A DNA stretch of 64,000 nucleotides. Source: Azolla caroliniana (lineage: Eukaryota > Plantae > Polypodiophyta). This document shows, piece by piece, positions 1 to 13,664 of this stretch; the stretch's first letter is position 1; each line of letters starts with the position of its first letter. A model generated the notes under the pieces. That model was not told where the DNA came from, made no database searches, and saw nothing but the letters and a program-made list of their open reading frames with translations. The stretch covers positions 17,360,001-17,424,000 of the forward strand of contig JBHGNT010000013.1 of NCBI GenBank assembly GCA_043228905.1, read 5' to 3'. A program made the translations under genes and the position numbers.

Positions 1-1430
1 GCTAAATGTCACCTAACCATAGCCCATAGCCCAGTTGAGGTGGTTGGATCATATGTCTATCTTGGAGTCACTTCAGTGTCCGCTTAAGTAAATTTTCGAT
101 GACATAGGCAACGAATGATAGACTTAAGAGAGGACATGCATCCCTCTCACTCCTAGACAGACAATGCCACCAAACATACTTTCAAGAGCCACGGACTAAA
201 GGGTGGCTCTTTGACTCATTGGTGACTCCCTCCCTCATGTATACATTAGTCGTTTGAGCCCTAGGGCTACCATCTTTCATGTTGATGCAATTAGAGAGAC
301 CATTAGTGATGATGTTATCATGCCAACTCCGACGCAAATCGACAGTACCACATGACATTATTAGAACGGAGTTCACTTTACCCCCGATGTTAGTAGAGGC
401 ACTTTTTCAACTTGTAGTCTTTATTCATAGGATACATAGCCAACCACATGATAGGATATTAATAGCCTACCTACCCTTAGGTACAACCATGCGATTGATA
501 ACACTTTAATCTCTCATGAGGATTGTAATAAAGTAATACGCCAAGAAATATGGAAAATTTACACTCGGTATAAATGAATCTCCCCACTAGAGCCAGTCCC
601 ATCTAAAATGTTGTATTATAAGGAACACTTTGACATGCACTTCTCTAAGTTAGGCTTTATTACATGACCAAAATATCTACATGCATTCTTACCAGATGCA
701 CTAAGGGTTGCCATTGGACAACTTAGAATATCATTTCACCAACTTGAGATGGAGAATGGTCGTACTAATGGAGTCCCTCGGGAGCAAAGGATATGAAGAC
801 TATGTCACATATAGATAGAGGATGAGTACCACTTTACATGCAAGTGTCCAACTTACGCCGAGATAAGGGCAAAATACCGAGACATACTCGATTCCTCCCC
901 CACCCTCCCCAAACTATTAGATACTCTAGATATAAAGAATTTAGACAGATATATCCTAGAGCTAAAACAACACAGAGATAATAAACTACAAAATATTGAC
1001 AATAATGTTTCTAATATTCACCAATATGTAACGAATGAAGTTTTTCAGGGACAAGGGGAGACACCAAATGTCGACACACCTGCACTACTCAGCCTCTTCC
1101 TTGATGAAGCAGCAAACCAAAGAAGAACCAAGCGCCCTCGGATGCCGGGTTTCAGAGCAACTCGATGGTGTAGCAATTAAGAAAATAAGGGAACGTGAGC
1201 TACACCGCCTAGAAGCCATGGTTGGGACACTCTCTACACCGGGACCACGGGTCACACCCACACCGAAACCCTTTGACCTCCCACTTCTTTTCAAGAGGCT
1301 TGGGTGGAAATGAACTTAGGCTTAGTGCTTCTATTTTTATTTTATTATTTTAGTTTTGATGATTGGATAAATACCCCATTTTGTTGTACACCAATTATCT
1401 CATAGGCCAATTTTGGCTTTAGAAGACTTT
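1..1430 (+). mobile_element. Decayed 3' part of a non-LTR retrotransposon (RTE-like LINE)
   Basis: Broken frame contains YLGVTF (~57-75) and LRVAIGQLRISFHQLEMENGRTNGVPREQRI*RLCHI*IEDEYHFTCKCPTYAEIR (~700-870), the C-terminal Cys/His domain of RTE-type ORFs. Followed by a (CT)n tract. Confidence 0.7.
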
Positions 1431-1441
1431 AATATATCTTT

Positions 1442-1446
<5 letters not shown>

Positions 1447-1489
<43 letters not shown>
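1447..1489. repeat. (CT)n microsatellite
   Basis: Seen directly. Confidence 0.95.
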
Positions 1490-1493
<4 letters not shown>

Positions 1494-2968
1494 ATTAGGG
1501 ATCATCGATAACGACCCACATCTAATGAGATCGAATACAAAGGATGGTGGTTGTGACCTTAGCGTCATACCTATTCGTTTATGTTTCCGTTATGTGCCCA
1601 ATCCATTCCAAGCTAAAGATAACATATGGTGTGTACACATACACTTGCTTCAATCTAATGGATGGGCCTTTATGTATTCGTGTTTTAAAAAATATATGTA
1701 TCTTGATCTTTCTGTCCACTTTGTATAGTAGACATTTCATTGTTGCAATACATATATCCTTGTTCTTTTGCTAGTGCCGTAGAGAAAGGTAAAATAGAGA
1801 CACACAAAGTTAATCGCACTTATATTAAAAAAGAAAGAGAAAAGTAGAAACCTATTTGTCAACGTTCTTTGGTGCTTGTCTTATTCACATTGTTGATCCT
1901 TATCCATTGCTTTCTTAAAAAAAAACTTGCCTTCAAAACCATATTGCCATGTAATTATTTGAAGGACAACTGATTCATACACTCTCCGCCCAATTGTCCA
2001 AGAATATATAGTCATCCCCCTATATTGTTGTTTTATTCCTATGTTCTCACACACACGTGTTATACATTGGTTTCTAATCTTTTGAGCATATGTGCGCTTG
2101 TCATGTTTAGGTCTACCATAATCTTAGCAACTCTCTTCCTCTTCTATCAAAATTGGAATTCCGATTTTGTATATGTAATGGTGTAAGTTTAGGCGAGAAT
2201 GTATCTAATTGTTTTGATGGATCATGTTCTAATTTCTGCAAATAGAATAATATGAAGAGGTCTTGAATTCAATGTTACTTCAAAATTATTAAAATGCAAA
2301 ACATACCCACATGGTAGAAAGGCTAAAAGTCCTTGGGCTATTTTTTTCTCGTAGATATGAACCTCAACAAATATATATGATTGGAACCGTAAATATGTGC
2401 GTAATTTGATTGAATTCATTGAAGATACGAATAGTTATTGTTTTACTCTAGGAAATACCTGTATGGAACCTTTTACATGCCAAATACAATTCTGTACATT
2501 ACGTTTCAACATGAACTATGAATAGAAAACTCTATACCATTGGCTTGCCTTTTTGTTGTTGATGAGGTATATGTTGCTCACACGTGTTGTTGGGTTTAGG
2601 TAATAGATAAATCTTTAGTGATTTCGTGGTGAATGTTTCTTGCTACTAAGAGAAACATGTGATTCTCTATTCTTTTCTTATGATGACCCCTATTTGATAG
2701 AGAAATTGGGACATTACATGTGTACTAGATGACATGAAAGCAAACTTGTGAATAAACTTGTTTGAAGTCATCTTTATATGAATTAATGAGACAAAAATCA
2801 CAATTTCCTTTTTATGGTAATATATAGCCACGTGTTAAAATTTAAAAGTGATATAACACATTTGAAACCTGTTGCATAAGTGTCTCTTGTGAAGTCAATC
2901 CAATAGTGACCACATTTTCCTCAAAGTTGTTTTCTTACATTAACAAATCTTCTTATATTATGTATATT

Positions 2969-3270
2969 ATGTCTAATATATATACTAGTCCGTTTGACAA
3001 TGATCAATTCCACATTAGTGCCGTGTGTTTCAAATCTTATGCTTCATACTTTAAGAGTGGAAATCCAAATAGATCAAACCAACACGTCATGAAATACTCA
3101 GTGGTTGCTAGAGATTTTCATGTCTAATATATATACTAGTCAATTTGACAATGATCAATTCCACATTAGTGCCAAGTGTTTCAAATCTTATGCTTCATAC
3201 TTTAAGAGCGGAAATCCAAATAGATCAAACCAACATGTCATGAAATACTCTAAGTTGCTAGAGATTTTCA
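2969..3270. repeat. Tandem duplication, 2 x ~151 bp
   Basis: ATGTCTAATATATATACTAGTC...GTTGCTAGAGATTTTCA occurs from ~2969 and again from ~3120. Confidence 0.9.
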
Positions 3271-3479
3271 GTCCAATAATGTGGAATTCTATTACCAAGG
3301 ACTATTCAAGAATTTTATGTCTCATACTTAGACTTTGTTTCTTGGTTCAAACATGTGGCAACAATATTAAGGGAACAAGATACATAAACCCAAAACAGTC
3401 CTAGTTCATAGAACTTAATATGATAAATGAGAACTTATCATACTTCTAAAAATCTCTACTTCCATTTGGATAGAGACAC

Positions 3480-4350
3480 CTTGGCGTGCACGGGTAAAAA
3501 TAATGGTTTCATGAGAAATTGTTTGGGGTTGCCTCCATTCTATTTCTATAAAACATTAGTGTATCCTTTTTGAGAACTACCATTAGTGTTCCAAAGTTGG
3601 TTGCCCTTATGTTGACAAGAAGAATGTCAATGTTGACACCAGTGCCAATATTAGGCCTAGACAAGCACTTGGATGATTCCATCCACAACCCAACTTTGAA
3701 AATGATGAGCAGTTGTCTTGACCCAATAAAGTGAAGGCTATGTGTTTGGGTATGAAGGAAACTATCAAAGCTTCAATAACGAGGAAGTGCAATCGACTTG
3801 ATAGGCATAACTGTACCAATTGATGGTGAATTCAATGTGCATGTCATCAGGAAACTTGGTGTCCAATGATTAGTTTGGTTTCCATGAGTACATAATACAT
3901 TATTATAAATTTCACGATGAACATAGGAACGCCGTCACATCAAAATATGTCACAAAGATGATGTATGAAAAGAGTCAATATCTTTGTGACTATGAGAGGT
4001 GGGACCTTGTTTTGTCTATGCTAAACAAAAAAACTATCATTTATTGATGGGTCTACAAATTAAACCGTAACTCCTATTGACATGGTAAACCATAACTCAT
4101 GTTGATGTAGTAAACCATTACAAAGCTCGTTCTATTGCCAAAAGTTATGCCCAAGCCTACGACATCCGAGTATCACAAAACCTTTGCCCCTACAACAAAG
4201 ATGAAGACCATGTTAACTCTCATTGTGGAGAAGGGGTTAAAACCACCATCAAATGGATGTGAAGAAGGGGTCTACATGCAAGAACCACTTGGATTCACAT
4301 CAAAATCACACCCATAGATGATATGTCATCTCAAGAAGCCATTATATATT
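3480..4350 (+). mobile_element. Ty1/copia RT relic
   Basis: Frameshifted copia RT motifs HYKARSIAKSYAQ, EYHKTFAPTTKM and EEGVYMQEPLGF...ICHLKKPLY at ~4117-4350. The 5' limit is approximate. Confidence 0.65.
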
Positions 4351-5199
4351 TACTTAGTAATGTTTGTATACTTCATTTCTATACATATCTCACATTGTAT
4401 TTTTATTACGACAAAATGTAGTGTCCCAAGTAATGGTGGAGTTACATTTTATATTAGCTTCACGAGATCTCTACATCGAAGATGCCCAATTACCCAATTG
4501 TTGTTTGCTATAATTACTCGTCCCTTGTTGGTGATGTTATCAAGGTTGGCAACTAATGGTGATGCACACGTTCCGTCTAGGCTAACAATTGGCAACGATT
4601 CAAATTGTGTCGAATTGAACTGCATAGATTGCGAATTAATGGTTGGGTTTGGAGGTTCAATGGTCCGGCTCAACTGAGCTCAAGCCTTTATCAACTTAAT
4701 GGCTTGTAATTTAAACAATTTTAAACAACAATCTAATAGTTTAAATGATTTTAAACTACGGATTAATAGTTTAAACGTTTAATGATTTAGGGTTATGTCA
4801 ATTTCTTGAATATTAAATTCGAATGATTCTTGAATATTTTCATATAAGGATTGTGAGTATGATTCCATGTAGGAGAAGGTGTGAAAACTCATAAAAGTGT
4901 TAGTGATAGAATTAAGTGCTTGTTCATAAAAATGTATCTTTGAAAACTTGAGTGTACAATCGCAAAGTTGTTGATAATTTGATGTACATCGAAACTCAAA
5001 CTAAACTTCGAAACTACAACTTAATGGTTTGTAAATCGCTAGAACCGTTTGGTTTAAGCTCGAAACTCCTATAAGATTTCAGTTTGAATGGTTGTGTGGC
5101 ATGGTTTTGTTTAAGTTTCAAAATTGAAAACAATTCGAGTTTGAGACTCCAAACTAAACCAAAATGTTTCCCATTGTAATATGTGGAACAATTGGTAGT

Positions 5200-6451
5200 G
5201 TAGGCTTTGGCATATTATTCTTTCATGTTTCCACAAGCCTCACCTAAGAATCTTGCAAAGAGGATGCACATATAACCAATTTGCATTTGCATTTGAATTG
5301 CATATTAATCGCAAGAAGTCTAGCCTCATCTCATATATTGAGAGGTATTTAAAATGTCTAGGATGGTAAGGATCATGGTTGGAAAAGGCTTTATTGTTTG
5401 ACACTTCAGGTATCCATTGAGAGTGAATGTTACAAATGCCCTATTGATTGAATGGATGGATAACGCATTAAGAATTCAGCTCATGTATTGGAAATCATAA
5501 TCTTGGCCATTTCATGTAGGCCTTAAGATTGTACAACATATTATGGAACCCATGACATTATATTTCTTGACATTACTACCATGAAGAAAGAAGGCTTTGC
5601 ATCCCATTTTGTAGCATCAACTTTGTAGGTGTTACCTTTAGTGTATTACTCAACTCTTCGGCCCCTCTTAATGTATCCTCATAGCATTCACGAAGTATAC
5701 GACATGTAGAGCACATAAAATGCAAGTGATATTTATGCTCTTCTAGCCTTTGCATACATTACAACCTTTATATTTGGCTAATTTTAAAGCCATAATTCAA
5801 TTTCAATACCTAGGTTTTGTAATCAAGTGCAAAGAGTGTAGGGCTCTATGAGAGTTCATACTCATGTTAGCAATGAGGTAAGGTTGAATACAATCAATAG
5901 GCCTTCATGCCTTATATAGAACCCAACATTCAGAATTGACGTTTGTAAAGTAATATTCTAAATTTGTCCTTTTCGCATCTTTCCACTTCTTCATTAATGG
6001 TTCCATTAATTTTTCCTCAATAACTACATATTTTATATCATCGCCTGAGAGCTCTAAGAGAGATTCCACATCCATCTTTTAAACCATTTTTTTATGTAAA
6101 CTAAATAACGAAATGAGAGAATCTTGCTTTTGTGATTCTTTTGTAGTTTACATCCAACATTCCAAGCAAGTTGTGATCATCTATGATTTGGCATATTCTT
6201 GACTTTTGTAATGTATCTATATAATCTCTATTGTGCCAATATCTCTATAGGTCAAACACCTGTTTCCAAGAGCATAACTCGATAAGAAGTGGTGGATTTA
6301 ACTCCCAATTGTCTCCTTAAAACATCTCTTGAATCTTCTCAATCTCATTCCATGCATTAAGAGAGATAGGGCCTCCCCACACTTTTATTCCATAAAGCAA
6401 AACTTGTGTTACCATGGCATTAAATAACATTAGTTTCACTTCCCATCCATG

Positions 6452-6453
<2 letters not shown>
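5200..6453 (-). mobile_element. Decayed RTE-like LINE fragment (post-RT/thumb region)
   Basis: Minus-strand frame WEVKLMLFNAMVTQVLLYGIKVWGG...WNEIEKIQ begins next to the (AG)n tract. The 3' limit is approximate. Confidence 0.6.

Positions 6454-6495
<42 letters not shown>
6454..6495. repeat. (AG)n microsatellite
   Basis: Seen directly. Confidence 0.95.
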
Positions 6496-6500
<5 letters not shown>

Positions 6501-7255
6501 CCACAAAGTAGCCTTGAGAGGTTAGATTATTTAGATAGAAAATAAGGAGCAACCATTACATAAGGGTGAACTTACTTCTCCTGCACTAAAAAATGATGGA
6601 GAAATGAGATGGATGCATGCATAAAGTATCTAATATAGAGAATATATTGCCTTACAATTACGACGAAGGTGGACTTTCACACTCATTTGATAACAATGCT
6701 CACACATGGTGTGGTTTAGCTTGACTTCTCAACACTATTGGTTCAGGTTATTTTCATTCTAATCTCATTGGCACTTTTAAGTTTTCCAATATCTTGATAG
6801 TTGACAAGAAGCATAGAACATTGTGTCTTAACTTTTCAATTTGCAAAGTTATCTCCAATCAAACTGTGTTATGATGCAACTTACAAAGCCCACTAAATCT
6901 ATACATTCTTGGTCTTAGATAAATGATTGCTCTCCTCCCCTTCTAATATGCCATCACAATATCGAACACCAAATCTTGGTACAAATGACTCGTATTTGGC
7001 AATGACAATGGAGTATAGGTTGAGCTTGCATTGCTATATTTTGAAGTGTTTGCAATGTAGCAATGGTATAAACCCCAAAGCCTAATGCAAGCATCATATT
7101 CTCTTATAGACATCATGTAAAACCCAAAACAGTGGATCACACTTGGTTACATTTTCTTATGTTACTCTTACCCGATGCTTTCTCTTCCCTATCTCTAGAT
7201 GAGTAGAGCCAAAAAACCACCAAATGCTTAAATTTGAACTTGTTCTCTCACATTT

Positions 7256-8789
7256 TCATTGACAATGATCAGCAAGAAAATCTAAATGCTTCTTTGATAT
7301 GCCTATTGTAGGAATCATAAGGCAAATTGGTCTACTCCTAGGACAATAAGATAAATATAAGCTTAAAACCCACTCACCCAATCTCTCATCTTGAACTTGA
7401 AATATCTCATGAATCAAGTTATTCCAATAATCTTCCGATCTCTCACAAGAAACCAACTGATGTACCGAATACATACAAATAATTTGAATGCTATGTGGGA
7501 AATATAGAAATTGACACAATCAATACAATAATGATTTGAGGGTTGAGCAGCCATAATAAAGTCATCAAAGTCTAATGGAGGCAAAGAATTAAATGTAAAT
7601 GAAAAGCCATCTTCAACGACTTGACATCCTGTCGCACACACACAATTCAATTTTGTACACGAATTATCATTGGGATCAGGCAAAACAATAGGGTACTATT
7701 GATCTCATCGAGTAAAAGACCTTATATTGAGCACCGGATTGACTGATCAATGGAATCAAGCCAAATATAAAATAAATAAACTTATTTTGAGCTCCAAATT
7801 TGTCAAATGGAAACCAAAAACCCTAGTTTGAGGGTCAGATTCATCAGATTCAAGCAAGCAACAAATCCTCATCATGGGCCATACAATGAATGTATCATGC
7901 ATTCCATGGGGCCATTTGTATATATATTTATATATGTATTTTGAAACCTTCAATCTGCTCTGGAAGATGGGGGGGGGGAAAGAATGAATACATGAATTTG
8001 CGAGCTATTTAGCTCTGCTGAATTGCTGTATCGTCCACTCCATGGGCTGAATTTCGAGCTCATCCTGGTCCCATTCATGGCTCTCCAAGAGAGATTATTC
8101 CTGCCTCATTCAGGCGGTTTTCCTGGGTAGTTCCGCCCAAAAATGGATATAGTTTCTTCTGCATGACAACAGGACCTGCTTCATCACAAGGGGCATTTCG
8201 GATGTTTCTGGATTCCTGCTCCATCTGCCAAGTCCCAATCCCCAAGAGGTGTCTTTCGGGCTGCCGGAGATTGCGCCCTAACGGGTGCTTTGCATGGCAC
8301 CGGATCGCAAAGCCGAGGGATCGGGCTATGCACCATCTTGATCCTTTCCCTACCAGACATTTCACATACAACCTGATCCCGCACCCTAAGGCCTGTTTGA
8401 TGCACTGCCAGTTCCCGATCTGCGGAGGGATCAATCAGCCTTGCTTGACCTGCCTCTGCAACCGATCTTTCCCACACCGATGGATCCCTCTCCGAGAGCT
8501 CTATCTCTCTCCCAAGACGCCCGAGGTGTGAAGCCAAATCAGAAGACGAAGCCAGAGGAAGGTTGGGATCGGATTTCCATGGCGCCCAATTGAGGAAAGA
8601 GGCATACAGTTTCTCTCCTGCTTCATAGACCATGGAGAACACCTCTTCCACAATGTCGGGGACGTCTTCATCATCACCATCTCCATCTCCATCACTATCT
8701 TCTCTCTCTCCTCTGGTATGATTGACAGGGACGCCATTGACGGTGGATTCTAGGGTTTCAATTACCTCGTTGGAGGCACTCCAGTCCAT
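7256..8789 (-). CDS. Possible multi-exon host gene or pseudogene of unknown function
   Basis: GC-rich ~200-codon ORF from ATG ~8789 (MDWSASNE..., acidic patch) to 8184. Phase-compatible candidate terminal exons 7378-7456 (cag|...|GTGAGT) and 7256-7302 (tag|...TGA). Linkage between the parts is not established. Confidence 0.35.
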
Positions 8790-9899
8790 TTTAGGGGGGG
8801 GGGGGGGGGGCAGACCTCTCTGTTTCTCTCTGTGCCTCTCTGTTTTATGTGGGTACCAATGAATGAATGAATGAATGAGAGCAAATCCTTGGTACATACT
8901 ACATACAGATTATATGTACATACATATATGTTTGAAAGAGAAGAGAAGAAAGCTATGGGACCTTGTAAACCCTTGGTACACAAGACTATAGAGTATGCCG
9001 GACCTTCTTGTACGTTGGTTCACGATCTCGGCACCACAATGCACATGTCTACACGCCCCTCTCGGCGCTCACGCTACGCTCCATCTCCTCCTATCACCGA
9101 TTTCCTGCCCTAGCCAGAAAGAGCATCCCGAAAGTCGCACGATGACCGCCTCCCCCCCCCCCCCCGGCCACCTCCCGATCACTTTCGCCCCTGCTAACTA
9201 TCTGAAAACCTTTCCGCCCGCTCTTAGCGACAAGTTCCTATGTTCGGCCGAATGGCGACACTTCTGAACACTCTCGTTCGTACCAACACGTTTGGGCAAC
9301 CAGAGCGTTTAACACATCCTTGTGCTCGTTCTTTGATTTCGTGCGCTCGGCTTTTAATCATTCGCAGAACTCAATTCCTTCCAAAATATGGTTCGACTCT
9401 CATGTCGGGATTCGGAAATGTATGGAAAGTACGAAAAGCTCAAATGTTGCTTATGGAAAGCAACAAGGAAAAGCTTACAAGAATAGAAGATGGGCATATT
9501 CATAAGAAAACCTACAACGGAAACCAACCTTCAATTGTAGTAATGGTAGATGTAAATAGGACACACTAGAGGGAAAGGCCAATCGGGGCCTTGTGTGAAC
9601 CCATCAAGATGAAATGTAGATATAAGAAATTAGGAGTTGGGAGGAATCTAATACAATTGTCTCCACATAAATGAGTTTGATGGTATCATCCAAAGCTGAA
9701 GGTGTTTAAGGTGAACTTAAACTTAAAATTTTAACTTGAGATGCTCACATGCACATTGTTGAGCTCATGCAACAGTTTTCTCTTGGTCCTAAATTGGAGT
9801 GCATCTGACAACATACTCCCTCACACCTTCTATTCAACACTTCTCACCAAGGAGATATGTTGAGTGTCAATAATTGGCACAAAACTAAAGGCCTTGCCA

Positions 9900-11400
9900 T
9901 GGATGATAATAACATTGTTGCAATTCGAGACTTAGAGATCCAAATTTTCTTAAAGAAAATTCCAAAATTCCACGGCTAATTTACTTGGAACATGACAACA
10001 ATCTTGCAACCGTTCATAGACTTTATATACAAAAGTCAACCTTTTGTTGGACTTAGAGATCCCAACTGACTTTCAAGTATCTCAAACATGCCTTCCCGAC
10101 AATTCCTATCCTCATCTACATAACTAGACCAAACCCTTCATTGTTGATGTTGATGCATCTAATTTTATCATCATCGCCTTCCTATCCCAACTAAAAAACT
10201 GAGGCCTCCTACACCCTCCTACATTTTGTTCCCACGTTACACCTATGAAAATCAATTATTAGAGATATGTTAAGAAATGAGGGATATCATCTTTGCATTT
10301 GATGAAGACATCCTTGCCTACTAAATAATCGAGGCCTCCTACACCCTCCTGGATTTTGTTCCCATGTTACACCTTTGAAAATCAACTCTTATAGATATGG
10401 TAAAGGGTTATCATCTTTGCATTTGAGGAAGACATCCTTGTCTATGTCACCACCATCTACACCTTGATTGTCTACAAGATCATTGGGCCAAATCCCTTAC
10501 GAATTATGATTTTGAAGGTGCCTTCTAAAGTTGAACCACATCAAGTTTGCAAACTATGTACTCCCTTAGCGAAGGAAATTCAAGAAAAAGTGCCATTTCC
10601 ACTAAAGAAATGTTGCACAAAGATATGGAAATTCTTGCATTTGAGGATGGGTTCCTTTCGACAATGTTCCAGACTACCCCTACCAGATCAAAATCTTGTT
10701 AGGATGCCATGACCACACAATGATAGGGTGCTTTGGTGCCATGAAGACCCTTGAGCTAGTATCACGAAAAATATTGGTGGCCCCAAGAATAGAAGTTGAT
10801 TACGGAATTTGGCAAGACATGTGATATATATGCTTTCCCCAAAGCCCCCCATTAATGACCTTATGGTTGTCTACAACCGTTTCCAATTCTTTTACGTCCT
10901 TAGAGCTTGATTTCAACAAACATCATCTTGGACCTCCTCTTAGTTAAGGGGCGCAATTCCACGTTATTCATGGTGAACCAATTTACCAATATGGCTTATT
11001 TATTTTATCCCTTGATCTAAAGCCACTTTAGGGACATAAATAGTTGGTTTTATAGTAGAGAATGTTCTTCGATTACACAAGCTTTAAGATCACATAGTTT
11101 CAAATACTCCATTTTTAGAAATGATTGTTTAAACTCTTTAAGACCTCAATTGAATTGTCATTGACATTATAAGCTCAAAACTTAAAATTCATGGGAAACA
11201 AATTAGATCCTTGAACAATATTGTCTGTGTATAATGAGTTATCAACCAAAAGATTGGGTTCAATTCTTACCACTTGTCAAGCTCGCCTACAACACTATAC
11301 ATTCTTTAATAAACACAATGTCATTCTTTCTTTGTTATGGTTTCCATCCATGGATTAGTGCGATGGTCCATGGATATCCCCCCCTACTTGAATGTATCAT
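9900..11400 (+). mobile_element. Highly decayed Ty3/gypsy RNase H-integrase relic
   Basis: PFIVDVDASNF RNase H motif (~10135-10165) and integrase-like WWP...C..C remnants. Contains an internal ~130-bp duplication (10200-10440). Confidence 0.65.
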
Positions 11401-13180
11401 TCAATAGAGGAACATGCACAATCTTGTCTTCCTATCTTGTTCCTCTACTTCATAGTCTTTTCTCTTCTAGATTTGATCTTTTGTCTAGTATGTTGTATTC
11501 TCCAGTTGATGTCCAAACTCATGGTACATGCCCATAAAGTGAGAAACAGAGTTCTCACAACACCAAATGTATATGCCTACCCTAGCGATTGTAGATAAAG
11601 CCACATGTAGTTTGTAGATGTAATTACTTTCTTACATGTATTTGCAAGAACTTTGTAAGGTCTAGGTTGTGTTTTGGTATTTGCAAGGAGGTTGATATAA
11701 AGAAGAGACACTAGGACACTAGAGGGACAAATTTGGGTTGTCATAGTGTGAATTCTCCAAGATTGTTTGTGTGTATGTGTGCGTGTAATGGACTTGCATC
11801 TTGGAACGAAGAAATTTTTGACTAGTGTGTTTAGATCATAACTTTTCTTGAGTGTGAGAGAGGGAACTCTTGTATATGATCTTCTACTTATTAATATGAA
11901 TAGTGGTTTGAATTGAATTATATTCTCAATATAGTGTTGTGTTAATTGTCATCATCTTGGCATAAGTTTTGCATTTTTTCTTGCCGATATATTGTAGTAT
12001 CTATTAGATCTTGAGGGTTAAACCTAGGAGTTACCCTAAATTCAGCAACAACGAGGACAAGTATGTCAACAAGATGACAATGGCTAATTATAATGGTGGT
12101 GGTCAAGTTGTTGACAAATGATGGGAATCATAGGTGATGGTTGGAAACAAGAAGCAAAGGGTGAGAAAGTTACACGTTTGTGATAGGGTAAAGGTGAAAC
12201 TCTCCTTTTTGTGTGAGTGAAAATTCAATGCTGAAAATCAAATAATTTTCCCCAAACACATAAAACTTAGAGCCGTCGACCAACTCTAATAGACATTATC
12301 ATGGATACGTAATTTGAATCACTACAATTTTTGTCAATAGGTAATCTCCCAAGTCCCAACCATCCAAAAATAGTCAAGTACCCCTTGCCCCACCCCAACT
12401 TTATTCTTAAGTTTTACACATTGTACTACACATTGACCCTTAAATTTTCATACATGACAATTATAAATTTGGAACTAAAATAGTCCTCACAATATATCCG
12501 TCTAGGCCTAGATTATGGAAGTTCAAATGGTCAAACATGAGTTAAGAACTCTCTCTTTCACCATATTGACTCCTCTAATGCAAACTTTTACTTATGTGTA
12601 TTGTCTCTTCCTAAAAGTTTTGACTTTATTCAATTTGTGATGGGCCCTCCATACCATAGAATATATAGTCACATAAGGTCCACATGTGCGGCCAACCGCC
12701 ACACACATGCTAAGACATTATTGCCTTTGAAGGGAAGTAAATGTAGGGCTTATAGCACCTTGACAAGGATACTGGCCAACAAAGTTTGGATCCATCAAAA
12801 AATCAATCAAGTATGGGGATGACTAACCTATAAATCATTCATATGCACTTGATGGAATTAACATCCCATGTCTCTCCCATGATAGAGCTGATCTATGTGT
12901 GGAATTATTATTTCTTATACTTACAGGTATCTCTTTGGATCTGGCCTATTTAAAGGGGCCTCATACAATAGTGTTCAATCATGGATCACCTTAGTGCATA
13001 TCATATAATTCTACTACTTGTCTCCTTAAAATTCAATCTCTCCATATCTCACAATATCAGTAGTGTAATATTAAATGTGAATGGTTGAATGGCATAACGT
13101 TGGCTAGGAGTCATAAATTTGAGCATACCGGGGCTTGCACCTTGGAGGTCAAAATATATAAATATAAAATGTACATTTGG

Positions 13181-13664
13181 TGTTAGAGACATGAACTAAT
13201 GTAAGCATTAGATAAGGATAGAATATAGATAGATAGATAGATAGATAGATAGAAAGGAGAGAGGGAGAGAAAGAAGGGTGTCGATCCACCTGACCACCCC
13301 CGAGCAAAGGGATTGAGACGGACTCGAGCCTCGATCGGCGTCTCATACCATCGCCGTGGCGTCGAGTTGTACCTGGTGCTGGCGCACTCGCTACAAGAGT
13401 TGACCCACCACAAGACAAAGTCTCGACGTAGTCAACAAGATGATGAAAGACTGATGAAATGAGGGTAGCTAGGCCTCTTATTTATAACGATACCCAAGGC
13501 CCCCAGGCAAGTTCACACTTGGCCTAATGGGTTGTCTCAATCCCGAGCATTAAAAGTAATCCTCCCCTTCTTTACACTCTCGTTTAACCCTCACACTTAT
13601 CCACGTGTATAGAATACTACGGTAAATTCTCACCACGGGATATTATATGGTCATGCCAGTAACA
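13181..13664 (-). repeat. 3' LTR of element A
   Basis: TGTTAG...GTAACA; matches 44729-45185 with about 25 substitutions plus indels (manual count). Confidence 0.95.

Noticed and set aside
2480-2620. SWIM-like GICCSHVL motif suggesting a MULE relic
   Set aside because: A single short motif with no supportable frame or termini.
4650-5180. Possible MITE with AAACT-rich subterminal repeats
   Set aside because: No convincing TIR/TSD pair could be fixed.
11500-12050. Possible LTR of the decayed gypsy relic
   Set aside because: No partner LTR or TSD was identified.
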